Shown: positions 29,433 to 38,742 of the stretch, piece by piece
Position numbering within the stretch: the stretch's first letter is position 1
How the letters are laid out: each line of letters starts with the position of its first letter
Origin: a virus
DNA length: 64,000 bases
IMG/VR virus record: IMGVR_UViG_3300006810_006497
Span: 3,918-67,917 of that record
Reading direction: 5' to 3' (one strand)
Notes under the pieces: model-generated
What the model was told of the DNA's origin: nothing
The model's input: only the letters and a program-made list of their open reading frames with translations
Database searches by the model: none
Translations under genes and position numbers: made by a program

Positions 29433-30073
29433 ATGACCGCCGCTCCCAATGCTCCAACCTTAGCGGCTGACTGTCCAAAGCCACCCTGTTGCTGGACTTG
29501 ATTGCCGAGCATTCCACCGAGGAGGCTACCAAAGAAACCTGGTTGTTGCTGCGGATTCATCATGCCACCGCCCATTTGATGGGCTTGAAGGAACATCATC
29601 CGTTGTTGCTCGTTCATCTGCAACGTCTGTTGTGCCATCGACTGCATTCGAGTCATCGTCAAACCAAGGTTCTCAGGGGACAGCGTGGTGATTTCGCTTG
29701 GCATTGAGGAAACATCCAACTTGAGAATACCAGTCGATTCGTCCAACTTGAATCCGACCTGCGAGAAGAAGTCCTTGATCGAGAGGCGAACAATCTCACC
29801 AATCAAGTCCATGACCAAGGCCATGTTTTGGGTGGTGATGAATTGAGCAACAGGATCATTGAGTTGAAGCAACTTTGCAGTTGCGGCGATTGGATCATTC
29901 GCCATCTGTTGCATCATGGGGTTCTGCATCATTCCCATGCCCATGGTCGGATCCATTCCTCCCATTCCCATTCCCATGCCCATTCCCATGCCCATGCCCG
30001 CAGAACCTGCGTTCATAGTTGGCTGGCCGAACTGTTGCGTTGGCTGTGTGTCGTTCCTTGAAAACCATCCCAT
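29429..30073 (-). CDS. Met/Gly/Gln-rich protein
   Basis: MGWF N-terminus, (MG)n repeat, GFFGSLLGG near the C-terminus. Confidence 0.65.
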   Translation of the reverse strand: MGWFSRNDTQPTQQFGQPTMNAGSAGMGMGMGMGMGMGGMDPTMGMGMMQNPMMQQMANDPIAATAKLLQLNDPVAQFITTQNMALVMDLIGEIVRLSIKDFFSQVGFKLDESTGILKLDVSSMPSEITTLSPENLGLTMTRMQSMAQQTLQMNEQQRMMFLQAHQMGGGMMNPQQQPGFFGSLLGGMLGNQVQQQGGFGQSAAKVGALGAAVI

Positions 30074-30075
30074 GT

Positions 30076-31095
30076 TTATCCCTCGTTGGTCGCGTTAATT
30101 GCCGCTTGTTGCCCCGCTAATATAGCGTTGTTCATTTGACTCTGCATATTCATGCCCATTGCCATGGCATTCCTTTGAGCCAACATCGTTTCCGATTGAA
30201 TCGCTCGAAGATCGAATGTGATGGTGATGATGTCAACCACGCCTGTCGTTGGATTGGGCAACTGGTTCAATTGAACCCCTTTGCTGTGCTGAATGTCCTT
30301 ATGGATCATCTCAAAGAACGGCTCGTATTTCAGCAGCGAATCAGGGGTGCTACGGTTCTGGGCCGTTGACCCTCGCATGAGCGACTTCATACCTGGAACT
30401 TTCATAAACTTCGTACCTTTGCTCACGGGCTTAATCAAGAGTCCATCGTTTGCCATTTCATGTTCTTGGATGATGCTACGCAACGTGTGGAAAATATGCA
30501 GATGTGCGGGGCAAAGGGTGCTATTCATCTCATCGCCGTGATCGCCATGGGTTCGAGCCAATGGCTTTCGAGCGTTGCCTGTTTCTTCATCAAACCAATA
30601 GATGTCAGCCAAAGACAAGCCAACTGACTCATCAACGATGTGAGCGTATGCATTGTCCCCTTCGAGGAAACGACGAATGTCAACGCCACAACAAGCGCAC
30701 TCATGAGCGGCGTTGTAGCGGTAAATCTTGAACAGTCCCAAGTTGTATGACGGGGGCTTCAATGCCTTACGGAGCATCTTGATGTTCTGCTTTCGTGCTT
30801 TCTTAGGATTCTTTGGATTCGACTTGAGTTGGATCTCAACTGTTGGGATCAACTGCTCCTCTCCAATATCCCCTGTCGATCCTGCACTCGCCATCTCTGC
30901 ACGTTGCTGAGTCTTCAACAACTCATATGACACGCCAGACTGCGTTGCGAGAACCTGCAACTGGTCATCGGTCATGCCTCGAAGGGTCATTCCGCCGCCC
31001 CACCCAGAGAAAGCGGCCATAGGGTTGAACGCCCGTGCATTCCACGCCATCAACCCTGCCAAGGTTGACAACATGATAAATGCTTTGAATCTCAC
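30076..31095 (-). CDS. hypothetical Zn-binding protein
   Basis: CACC...CPAH. Coupled to the GTPase gene. Confidence 0.6.
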   Translation of the reverse strand: MRFKAFIMLSTLAGLMAWNARAFNPMAAFSGWGGGMTLRGMTDDQLQVLATQSGVSYELLKTQQRAEMASAGSTGDIGEEQLIPTVEIQLKSNPKNPKKARKQNIKMLRKALKPPSYNLGLFKIYRYNAAHECACCGVDIRRFLEGDNAYAHIVDESVGLSLADIYWFDEETGNARKPLARTHGDHGDEMNSTLCPAHLHIFHTLRSIIQEHEMANDGLLIKPVSKGTKFMKVPGMKSLMRGSTAQNRSTPDSLLKYEPFFEMIHKDIQHSKGVQLNQLPNPTTGVVDIITITFDLRAIQSETMLAQRNAMAMGMNMQSQMNNAILAGQQAAINATNEG

Positions 31096-31826
31096 AAAGA
31101 CTGCAATAATTCAGTCAACGACTTCTCCACATTGATCCCGTGTTGCGATGAGATCGCTTTGATCTCCGCACGAATGCCCGCTCGACGGAGCCTTTTGAGG
31201 GACTCTCGAAACGGGGCCACGATGGGATGTTCCTTCTGCAAACCGTATTGCCACAGTTGTTCGGCTTGAGGATCCCACCAAATGTCCATCTTGTTGATCA
31301 TGAGGCAAAACAACCGAGGGGTGTACGATTTTGATGCCTTCCTCGCTTTTCGTGAGATCTTCTTGCTTACGTCCTTTTTGATGATGTTGTCAACCAAATA
31401 GGTCAGCCCCGCCGCTGCATCGGCAGCAAACTGCGGCGAGGTCATTGCTCGATGATCGACCATGTAAATCACCAACTCTGCATTTCGACCGAACATATCC
31501 TCCACCCACAGATTGCGGAACATATGGTCGCCAGCCAAATCGGTGGTAATCACGGGGGTTTTGTCCTTCTTGAAACGGATGCGCTTACGGGTGGCATTTG
31601 GTGCTTGATACCCTGTTGCGGTCGATGCTTTGGGGTGGGATGTGCGAAAATGCAGAGGGATGGCCTCAATGTCGCCAGGGACGGTGAGGTATTGATCGAG
31701 AGTCGTTTTTCCGACCAATGAGGGGCCATAGACCCCAACACGATACGGCTTTAGGACGCGATAAAGGGAATAAAGGGCTGATGTTGAAGCCATCAGCATA
31801 TGGCCCGCAATGAGGGCCGACATCAC
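31092..31826 (-). CDS. Ras-superfamily (Arf/Sar-like) small GTPase
   Basis: G1 GPSLVGKT, G2 T (NATR), G3 DLAG, G4 NKMD, G5 SSQ. Hydrophobic N-terminal helix. Confidence 0.85.
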   Translation of the reverse strand: MMSALIAGHMLMASTSALYSLYRVLKPYRVGVYGPSLVGKTTLDQYLTVPGDIEAIPLHFRTSHPKASTATGYQAPNATRKRIRFKKDKTPVITTDLAGDHMFRNLWVEDMFGRNAELVIYMVDHRAMTSPQFAADAAAGLTYLVDNIIKKDVSKKISRKARKASKSYTPRLFCLMINKMDIWWDPQAEQLWQYGLQKEHPIVAPFRESLKRLRRAGIRAEIKAISSQHGINVEKSLTELLQSL

Positions 31827-31833
31827 CGATCAC

Positions 31834-32073
31834 CTACTCGAAAAGCCCACGGATGAAGTGCCACACATCGGATGGCGCAACCCCCAAAGCCTCCAGTCCA
31901 AACAGGATGCCGAAGGTCAGGGCTATGCCCCCAAAAAGTGCGACAACGGTTCGTACCCATCCAGCGACCCTCTCCATCTTACGCTCGTAGGCGTTTTCAG
32001 CCAAGATCTGGGACATCGCCTCGGTTTGGCGTTCTTGGGTAGTCGTGAAGGGCCACATGATGTTGTCCCTCAC
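31834..32073 (-). CDS. small membrane protein
   Basis: One long TM helix. MWPF motif near the start. Confidence 0.65.
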   Translation of the reverse strand: MRDNIMWPFTTTQERQTEAMSQILAENAYERKMERVAGWVRTVVALFGGIALTFGILFGLEALGVAPSDVWHFIRGLFE

Positions 32074-32531
32074 ACTTCTTTATCATCATTCTCTTCCCTT
32101 GGCTGTTGAGGGATCCCAAACTGTTGGTATCCCTGCGGCATCTGCGGCTGTTGCGATGATTGCTGACGCCAATAGTTCTGCTTGGATACTCGACGCTGAT
32201 GCAGACGCTGTTGCCCTCGCATCCACTTGTCCACTTGGTTTTCCTTTGCAAACTCTGCTCGCATAGCGAGGGAATCTCGAATGCCGCCCACGTGGAAAAG
32301 AACCATGGCGGTGCAGAGGAAGCCGAAGGCGATCAGCCCGTATTGCAAACCCATCTCAGCAGGGCCAGCATCGGGGAGATACCATCCCATGTGGGACACG
32401 GCAACAGATGTTCCAGTCAGCAACGACTGCCAAAGGAGCATGGCAATGAGGTTGACATCAATTCGGTTTGTGTCTTGCCCAACATATGGCGCAGGGTAAA
32501 ACATCGGCGGTTCTTCATTTGGTTTGTTCAT
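32070..32531 (-). CDS. two-TM membrane protein
   Basis: Two hydrophobic helices and a Q-rich tail. Confidence 0.65.
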   Translation of the reverse strand: MNKPNEEPPMFYPAPYVGQDTNRIDVNLIAMLLWQSLLTGTSVAVSHMGWYLPDAGPAEMGLQYGLIAFGFLCTAMVLFHVGGIRDSLAMRAEFAKENQVDKWMRGQQRLHQRRVSKQNYWRQQSSQQPQMPQGYQQFGIPQQPREENDDKEV

Positions 32532-32746
32532 TCAATCCTCTCCGTTGGGTGGCAGTCTTCACAGTCTGCATCAGCGCATCGATCTGGCAACAACTCTTCG
32601 CTGTGTCCAGTCTTTGCCTGTTTCTTCCATTGGAAATAGGTGTGGAGGACATGGTTCATGAACGAAGACTTCGATTCCCGCCCTCGTTCTGCTTCCATTC
32701 TCTTGAAGAGATCTTCTCTCATGACAACAGAAACGTGTCGCCCCAT
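32528..32746 (-). CDS. ribbon-helix-helix regulator
   Basis: RHVSVVMREDLFKRME..RGRESKSSFMNHVL RHH pattern. Confidence 0.65.
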   Translation of the reverse strand: MGRHVSVVMREDLFKRMEAERGRESKSSFMNHVLHTYFQWKKQAKTGHSEELLPDRCADADCEDCHPTERIE

Positions 32747-32767
32747 GAAATCCTCTCATGCCTCACA

Positions 32768-32778
32768 CCTATATGAGG
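32768..32778 (-). promoter_or_regulatory. putative promoter CCTCATATAGG
   Basis: TATA-like box ending 22 nt upstream of ATG 32746. Confidence 0.5.
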
Positions 32779-32826
32779 ATTGATATGCCCAACAACTCCA
32801 AATAAGGAGGCTCTTGTCCCATGTGC

Positions 32827-33348
32827 ATGAGCAATACGCCAACGCTTCTCGTTGCCGTGCAAACCCTGCGTTCCTACAACCAAGCATTGGCGGGAATGAA
32901 CAATGACCCCACGGCCATTGAGAATTGGATTCGACGCTACGCAGAAGCCGATTCTCGATCAAGCACATTCCCAAAGGATGCGGCCATCGGCCTCCTTTCC
33001 TATTTGGGAAACCCCGTCTTTGCATCGAGCAACATCACCGCCGATCAACAGGCGTGGTCGGCTGAGATGGCGAGCGCAGAACAGATCATGCAACAGGAAA
33101 ACAACTGGATAGGGCGTCAAACCGTTCAAAACAACGCTACAACCTTTGCACGTTTGTTTGGTTCGGATCTCGAATGGATTCAACTCTATGCTCAGTCGAA
33201 GTCAATGACCGCCAACAACGGCTGGACAAACGAATACCTCATCAACATGGTCATCGCTGATCTGCGCGTGTGCAACGGATCTGGTGGCGCAGGTGCAATT
33301 CCTCACACGGCGATGAACCCATCGTCAAGCAACAATCAGTTGCCCTGA
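32827..33348 (+). CDS. hypothetical protein (lone plus-strand gene in the late region)
   Basis: Fills the gap between two minus-strand units. Protein-like composition. Confidence 0.6.
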   Translation: MSNTPTLLVAVQTLRSYNQALAGMNNDPTAIENWIRRYAEADSRSSTFPKDAAIGLLSYLGNPVFASSNITADQQAWSAEMASAEQIMQQENNWIGRQTVQNNATTFARLFGSDLEWIQLYAQSKSMTANNGWTNEYLINMVIADLRVCNGSGGAGAIPHTAMNPSSSNNQLP

Positions 33349-34514
33349 CGCATCTTCTCCCAAGCATTTTGGAAAGCATCTTGATCGATGTTTGCCATTC
33401 CCATCAACTCGCTCTTTTTTCCTCGAACAGCACCTTTGCCGCCGCTGGTTTCCTTTCGTTGGAGTTCATGAATGTCAAAGCCCATATCGCTAATTGGGTC
33501 AACGATTTCGGGAGCAAATGAATTGAACACAACTGTTGGGAAACCGTGGCTTGCCAATCCTTCAATCAAAGCCAATGTTCGTTCTTGATCATCCATCGTA
33601 AAGAAGTCCAATGCGCCTTCTTCACCCATGTAGGGCGGATCGAGAATAAACGCATCTTTTGCGGGGTTCAACTCAATGTCGGATTCGAGTTGTTCGTGCA
33701 ACGGCCTATCTCGATATTCCCACCCCTGCATGGCTTCCGACCATGGGTCAAGTTCCCATCGACCTTTGCCTCCAAGCAACTTTTGAGGTCGGAACGTGTT
33801 GCCTGTCCCTGGTTTAAGGCGGTCTTTTTGGCCCTGCATCAAATCAAAATAAGCCGACTCAAACGATGGTTCGATTGGTTTATTCCCTGTGAATCGCAAT
33901 GAACCAGCCCATCGGTTGAACAGATTTGGGGTCTTAGGAGAATATCGCAACAAACCGTTCATCGACATATGCTGCAACACGAGGAAGAGTTGGTCTTTTC
34001 TTTGCCGCTCACGCTGACTGATGACGCCTTCTCCCTCTTTTCGTCGCAACTCATTAAACTCTTGACGCAATTCGTAAAACTTTGGCCCCATGAAGAACGG
34101 ATCTCCGCCCATCTCATCAACGAGGCTTTGAGGAACAGTTCCCAAATCCATCATCTCACCTGTGTTTGGATTTGGCATCATCACACTATCGCCCGCTTCA
34201 TAGGTGAAGGTTTCTGGCTCAAACGACAAAGAGTCTGGATCGTTGATCAAACGCTGATGAAACGATGCCAAGTCTGGGTTGATGTCCATGAGCAGAGCCT
34301 CTTGAGGCCGCATCCCCAAAGAAAGTCCCGCTGCTCCGCCAAACGGCTCAATGACTCGACGGTCTGGCATGATTTGCTTCAATGCTCGACCAATGGCTTG
34401 GTATTGAGGATTGGCTTTGTTGCCTTGGATTTTGATGGCTGGAGGCAGAGATCCTCCTGTTTGCAACGCTCTCAAAGCCTTTCGATATTGAGGGTGCATC
34501 TTACGGAGTTCCAC
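33336..34514 (-). CDS. DNA adenine methyltransferase (Dam/D12 class)
   Basis: IKIQGNK, IEPFGGAAG (motif I), DINPDL, ILDPPY (motif IV). Confidence 0.85.
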   Translation of the reverse strand: MELRKMHPQYRKALRALQTGGSLPPAIKIQGNKANPQYQAIGRALKQIMPDRRVIEPFGGAAGLSLGMRPQEALLMDINPDLASFHQRLINDPDSLSFEPETFTYEAGDSVMMPNPNTGEMMDLGTVPQSLVDEMGGDPFFMGPKFYELRQEFNELRRKEGEGVISQRERQRKDQLFLVLQHMSMNGLLRYSPKTPNLFNRWAGSLRFTGNKPIEPSFESAYFDLMQGQKDRLKPGTGNTFRPQKLLGGKGRWELDPWSEAMQGWEYRDRPLHEQLESDIELNPAKDAFILDPPYMGEEGALDFFTMDDQERTLALIEGLASHGFPTVVFNSFAPEIVDPISDMGFDIHELQRKETSGGKGAVRGKKSELMGMANIDQDAFQNAWEKMRQGN

Positions 34515-35526
34515 TCAGCATCACCTCCCATGATCGGCGGATGATGTCCCCTGTCATGGCCGCATCCCACAACTCCAACCCCGCTGAGGTCGAATCATTT
34601 GGATCAAAATACATCCCGTGAGTTCCCGTGGCGATGCCTCTCGTTAATGCAGGGATGGAATAATCGTTGCCAGCGGTCAATGAAAGAGGCACAGGGATGC
34701 CCTCTTGACGGTAGCCACCTGGTTCGGTATATTCGACATAGAGTTGTCCTTCTCGATCAGGGGCAATGTCTGTCCACGAAAGAGGAATCTGCAAAAGCGG
34801 GTCAACAGACCCCGACACTCCATGAGATCGTGCGGGACGCCATGGTTGGCCGAAGTCCTGTCGTAGTGGCAACCGTTGTTTTGGCTTCCACTTTTCTTTT
34901 GGCCCCAACGTGTTGTCGAGGATGTCGTACACCTTGTATCCAAATCGAGGGGCTTCTCCACCTGCGAAGGACAACGCAGCATCACCGAATGGGTTGCGGC
35001 CCATCTGCAAATCGCTATGCATACCGAGGATGTCCAACGGTGATTCACCTGCGTACAATCGAGCCAACTCAGCGGGGTCGAGATTGCCAGCCGTCCAAAG
35101 GTGAGCGGTTCGGTTGGCATTTCCACGTGCATCGGTGTTCGGTTGCTTTCGACCAAGCCAAGCATCAGCCTGTTTGTTTTCGTTTAGACGGAAGAACGGG
35201 TCTTTGAGAGGGAGCATATTGGCAATGCCCATGATCTGCTGGCCTCCTCGAAGAACGCTCAAGACTCCCGTATCTGGTCGGATTTGACCAGTTGATTGAA
35301 TCATGCCTGGTGAAATGTGAGGTGAATTGATGTCGATGTTGCGAAATGCCTCAATGGTGTGCGGCCTACCTACGGAAAACCCACCCCGCATCTCACGAAG
35401 ATCTCCTCCCTGCGTTTCAACTGGATAAGCCGTCAGCCCATCCATCGAAACAGTCCCTAAATCGATACGATCACGCTTGTTCCTCTGTTGGAGGAGTTGT
35501 TGCCAAGTGTCATCGAATACGCCCAT
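34501..35526 (-). CDS. hypothetical protein with leader-like N-terminus
   Basis: MGVFDDTWQQLL. No catalytic motif recognised. Confidence 0.6.
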   Translation of the reverse strand: MGVFDDTWQQLLQQRNKRDRIDLGTVSMDGLTAYPVETQGGDLREMRGGFSVGRPHTIEAFRNIDINSPHISPGMIQSTGQIRPDTGVLSVLRGGQQIMGIANMLPLKDPFFRLNENKQADAWLGRKQPNTDARGNANRTAHLWTAGNLDPAELARLYAGESPLDILGMHSDLQMGRNPFGDAALSFAGGEAPRFGYKVYDILDNTLGPKEKWKPKQRLPLRQDFGQPWRPARSHGVSGSVDPLLQIPLSWTDIAPDREGQLYVEYTEPGGYRQEGIPVPLSLTAGNDYSIPALTRGIATGTHGMYFDPNDSTSAGLELWDAAMTGDIIRRSWEVMLSGTP

Positions 35527-35535
35527 TTGAACACC

Positions 35536-36507
35536 TCAATGTTTGACATATCCAACATTTCCTTGTCCCGTGTCCCAACACGAGGAGCATCTGTTGCCTT
35601 CGCATGAGTTGATTGGATTTGTTGGATCGGATGCAGGGCAATAGTCCTCATCCAATGCACTTTGCCTAAACTGTGGTCGAGAAATAACAGAGGACGTCAA
35701 AAGTTGAGGGAATTGCTCAAGCATATCAATGTGCCTTTGGGGAAGTGGTTCAATGCCTCTTTGTTCATTTATCTCGTTATCAGTTGTTTGATCAATCATT
35801 GGAAGGGAAAGCCGCAATGCCATGTTGCCAGGTAGTCCTCCTCTCGCTTGAACAACCTTGTTCGTGAGATCCCATTCTCGCGTAGGTAGCCAAAACATCG
35901 TATCGGGCAACGATTCAGCAATTGCCATCAAATAAGCCAAGTGTTCGGGAGAATCCAAATCGCCCGAATCATGCCAACGGAAGAATGGAAGTTGGTCTTG
36001 TGTTCTTGGGATTTGATTGACCATTGCAGATGCCCATCGTTGGGGGTCGTTTTTCAACGCAGAAAAGTTCCTCAATAGATGGCGTTGGACATTGTTAAGC
36101 GGATAATGTCCTTTATCGTGAGCATAGCATCCTTCACAAACCGAACCTTTGACCCTACGCAATTTTCCACCCCTCATGCACATATGCGTAGGGAGAGAAT
36201 ATGTGGCATTGGGCATTTTCTTAGGTTCCGAAAACCCCCCTCCAAGTGCTTCTTGGATTTCGTCTTTGTTCGTCCAAATGTCTTTCGCTTTCCAAGGAGC
36301 AATATCTCTTGGCCCCATGTCGAGGTCTGCGTCAATACGCTTCCGCCTTAACGCTGCAAACTCTCCAAGTGGATCCTCTTGAAGGTATCGAAAAGCGGTT
36401 TGATCATTCTTAGGGAACGCTTCTCTGCCAATGAGGTCATCCAAATTGAAGTTGTTTGGATCGAGGGCTTTGACCAGCAAATCCCATGCCTTTGCAAACA
36501 CGTTCAT
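35536..36507 (-). CDS. Gp88-like (radical-SAM-related) protein with leader
   Basis: KMP..YSLP..C...CEGCYA, FRWHDSGD, FWLPTRE, C-terminal CPA..C..C..CW. Confidence 0.75.
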   Translation of the reverse strand: MNVFAKAWDLLVKALDPNNFNLDDLIGREAFPKNDQTAFRYLQEDPLGEFAALRRKRIDADLDMGPRDIAPWKAKDIWTNKDEIQEALGGGFSEPKKMPNATYSLPTHMCMRGGKLRRVKGSVCEGCYAHDKGHYPLNNVQRHLLRNFSALKNDPQRWASAMVNQIPRTQDQLPFFRWHDSGDLDSPEHLAYLMAIAESLPDTMFWLPTREWDLTNKVVQARGGLPGNMALRLSLPMIDQTTDNEINEQRGIEPLPQRHIDMLEQFPQLLTSSVISRPQFRQSALDEDYCPASDPTNPINSCEGNRCSSCWDTGQGNVGYVKH

Positions 36508-36512
36508 CGCGA

Positions 36513-36839
36513 TCAGTCCTTCCTTACCTTTTGGTGCAAGCGTCGAAGGGTTTCCGATTGAAGCGAATCGGTATCGCTGCCCTTTGGCCGTTCCGTTTTC
36601 TTCTTTTCATCACGGGGGACGCCTCGAACACGGTTCAGCAGGTTGCGAATCGACGAGTTGGTTGGCCCTCCTGTTTCAGGATCCTTAGTGGGTTTTGACT
36701 GTATCACGTTATCAACGGCAGCGTCGATGTCCTCCTCCATCTCAGGAGAAGGCTTGTAGGGCCAGCCCATCCGCCGATGGTATTCATCACGGGAAGACTT
36801 CATCATTTGCCACGTCTTCTCAAACGAGGCATCCGCCAT
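36513..36839 (-). CDS. small basic protein with leader
   Basis: MADASFEKTWQMMKS. Confidence 0.65.
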   Translation of the reverse strand: MADASFEKTWQMMKSSRDEYHRRMGWPYKPSPEMEEDIDAAVDNVIQSKPTKDPETGGPTNSSIRNLLNRVRGVPRDEKKKTERPKGSDTDSLQSETLRRLHQKVRKD

Positions 36840-36887
36840 GCGGATCGGTAAAGAGTCGTTTGTTTTGAAAGTGTCGTTATGAATGCC

Positions 36888-37400
36888 CTATATGTCCATC
36901 AAAATGTTCTCAAGCATTCGACGCCAATCGTAATCGGTTTGATTTGTTCGAGCAGGGAACCTTTGAGCCACTTCAATGTCTTGCGGGGGTATTGTGTGCG
37001 GAGTCCTCATTTGGGTGAAGTCCTCTTGACCGTAATCGGGGATGTAATCACCTTGGACGCGTAGCAGAACTGGTTGTTTCATCCCAACACCGTATCCCGC
37101 CAATTCATGCAAATCATGTGGCAATGCCCATGACCACTTCCCCTCAAACAGACGATTTGGATTATCATCTCCAAAAAGACGTGATGCGTGTTGTTTCATT
37201 TGATCGAGGAACGCTGTTTCATCGTAGTCATCAAATTGTTCTTCTTGGAGCATCATCGCTTCAGGGAGGTTTTGATGTGGCAGATCTCCCGTTGGCTTCA
37301 AGCCATCTCTCATGATTGAGTCAAGGTTCTCCGATTCGGTGATGTGATATGGCATTTTCAACAACTCCCAAGTCGTTTCAAAGGCCCCCAAAGCAATCAC
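36888..37400 (-). CDS. ADP-ribosyltransferase-fold (Tpt1/KptA-like) protein with leader
   Basis: YHIT..NL.SI..DGLKP, PVLLRV, HTIPPQDIEV. Confidence 0.65.
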   Translation of the reverse strand: MIALGAFETTWELLKMPYHITESENLDSIMRDGLKPTGDLPHQNLPEAMMLQEEQFDDYDETAFLDQMKQHASRLFGDDNPNRLFEGKWSWALPHDLHELAGYGVGMKQPVLLRVQGDYIPDYGQEDFTQMRTPHTIPPQDIEVAQRFPARTNQTDYDWRRMLENILMDI

Positions 37401-37669
37401 CTAAAATCATTCAAGGTTCTTTGAGCGTTGCCAAGTCTTGGCAGGGGGATGTTGAATGCATCGCCGCCAATGGCTGCACCAACTGCGGGGACGAGAACAT
37501 TTCCAAGTGCCGTATCAATCACCTTCTGTCGCTTTCCTGTCGTGTAGGTGTTGTGGCTCATTCCCTTTATGGGGGTGAGGTCATAGGTTGGATCGAAGGT
37601 TTGAGCCATAAGGAACTCTTCATCGGAAAACGGTCGAAGGTACATCACCGTTGGTCGATTGTGAGTCAT
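37397..37669 (-). CDS. C-terminal part (motifs IX-X) of a C5 cytosine methyltransferase
   Basis: LRPFSDEEFLMAQTFDPTY (IX) and ALGNVLVPAVGAAIG (X). ATG overlaps the upstream TGA. Confidence 0.65.
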   Translation of the reverse strand: MTHNRPTVMYLRPFSDEEFLMAQTFDPTYDLTPIKGMSHNTYTTGKRQKVIDTALGNVLVPAVGAAIGGDAFNIPLPRLGNAQRTLNDFR

Positions 37670-38742
37670 CCCTGAAACATGGCGGTTTGCAGGGTACGAA
37701 TGAGAAAATGAACGAGGCTGTTTGTTGCGAGGGCCTTGGCATCGTCCCATGTTGAGCCGCCTCGACCAGGGACGGTTGCACCACTCAACGAGATTTGGGG
37801 GCCAGCCCCCAATTCTCGAACTGCACTTTCAGTCAAGTTGCCTCGACTGAGCAACTCATCAAGCCAATATCGGACATCTCCTTGGTTTTCTTCCCATTCT
37901 CTCTCTAAATGAGGCATGAAGTCAAGAATTGAACGGCTTGGCAAGCGTCCAGCAATTGGATTCCTTCTTGTTCGGTCATAATGCGTTGGTCGCTTCTGCC
38001 AACCCTCGCCAATGATCATGCGGTTTCGAGTTGATGGTGCGCCGTAGTCAATTGCATTCATTCGTGGATTTTGCTTAACCGTACCCATCTCGCCTTTTCC
38101 TCGCAACATTGCAATAACCCGATTCCCAAAATCTCGATCAAGGGCGGTTTCGCCCTCGAAAAGAAGGTGTTGATTATTAAGGAGATCAGGTATCACCTCT
38201 TTGGCTTGCTCAACGTGCCAAGAATTGAGGTCAATGTCTGGGTGCTTTTGCATTTGTTGAGCGGTGTAAAATGCATTCAACACAGGGGGTATCCCTCCTA
38301 ACGCACGTTCTGCCCGTTCTTCTGCTGTCAACCCCCCCGTTCCAGCGGATGTCAACAGTTGACACGGGGGAGATGCGCCAAAGTGTCCACGGCGACCCCC
38401 CAAAGCATCTGCATAGACCTCCACTTGATCGTCGGGGTGGGCTTGGCCTTGTTCGGTTCCAAGCCATGCGGTCATGGTCTTTTCTTCGTAGGGTCTTCGG
38501 ACGGCGTTGACTGCATCCCATGCATCCACCCCCATAGCCGTAGGGATGCCCATCCGTCGCATTCCAGAAGATGTTCCGCCAACCCCCGCTTGTTCATGAA
38601 TACCTGCGATGTCATCTCGCATCGGCAATTGAGGATACATGATGTCATGAAGACGTTTCATTTCCTCTTTATCTTCTGGAGTCATGGCCTTCCACAGCAT
38701 ATCGGAGAAGGCAAACTCGAATAAAGGCTCACTCAATTCCAC
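37666..38742 (-). CDS. C5 cytosine methyltransferase, motifs I-VIII (split/frameshifted), with leader
   Basis: EQAGVGG (I), ASPPCQ (IV), VEQ (VI), DYGAPSTRNR (VIII). Confidence 0.75.
   Translation of the reverse strand: MELSEPLFEFAFSDMLWKAMTPEDKEEMKRLHDIMYPQLPMRDDIAGIHEQAGVGGTSSGMRRMGIPTAMGVDAWDAVNAVRRPYEEKTMTAWLGTEQGQAHPDDQVEVYADALGGRRGHFGASPPCQLLTSAGTGGLTAEERAERALGGIPPVLNAFYTAQQMQKHPDIDLNSWHVEQAKEVIPDLLNNQHLLFEGETALDRDFGNRVIAMLRGKGEMGTVKQNPRMNAIDYGAPSTRNRMIIGEGWQKRPTHYDRTRRNPIAGRLPSRSILDFMPHLEREWEENQGDVRYWLDELLSRGNLTESAVRELGAGPQISLSGATVPGRGGSTWDDAKALATNSLVHFLIRTLQTAMFQG

Noticed and set aside
29930-30000. Hexamer repeat CCCATG/CCCATT
   Set aside because: It encodes the (MG)n low-complexity tract and needs no separate explanation.
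34501-35526. Possible restriction endonuclease partner of the adjacent Dam-like MTase
   Set aside because: No convincing PD-(D/E)xK, HNH or GIY-YIG motif by eye. A profile search is needed.
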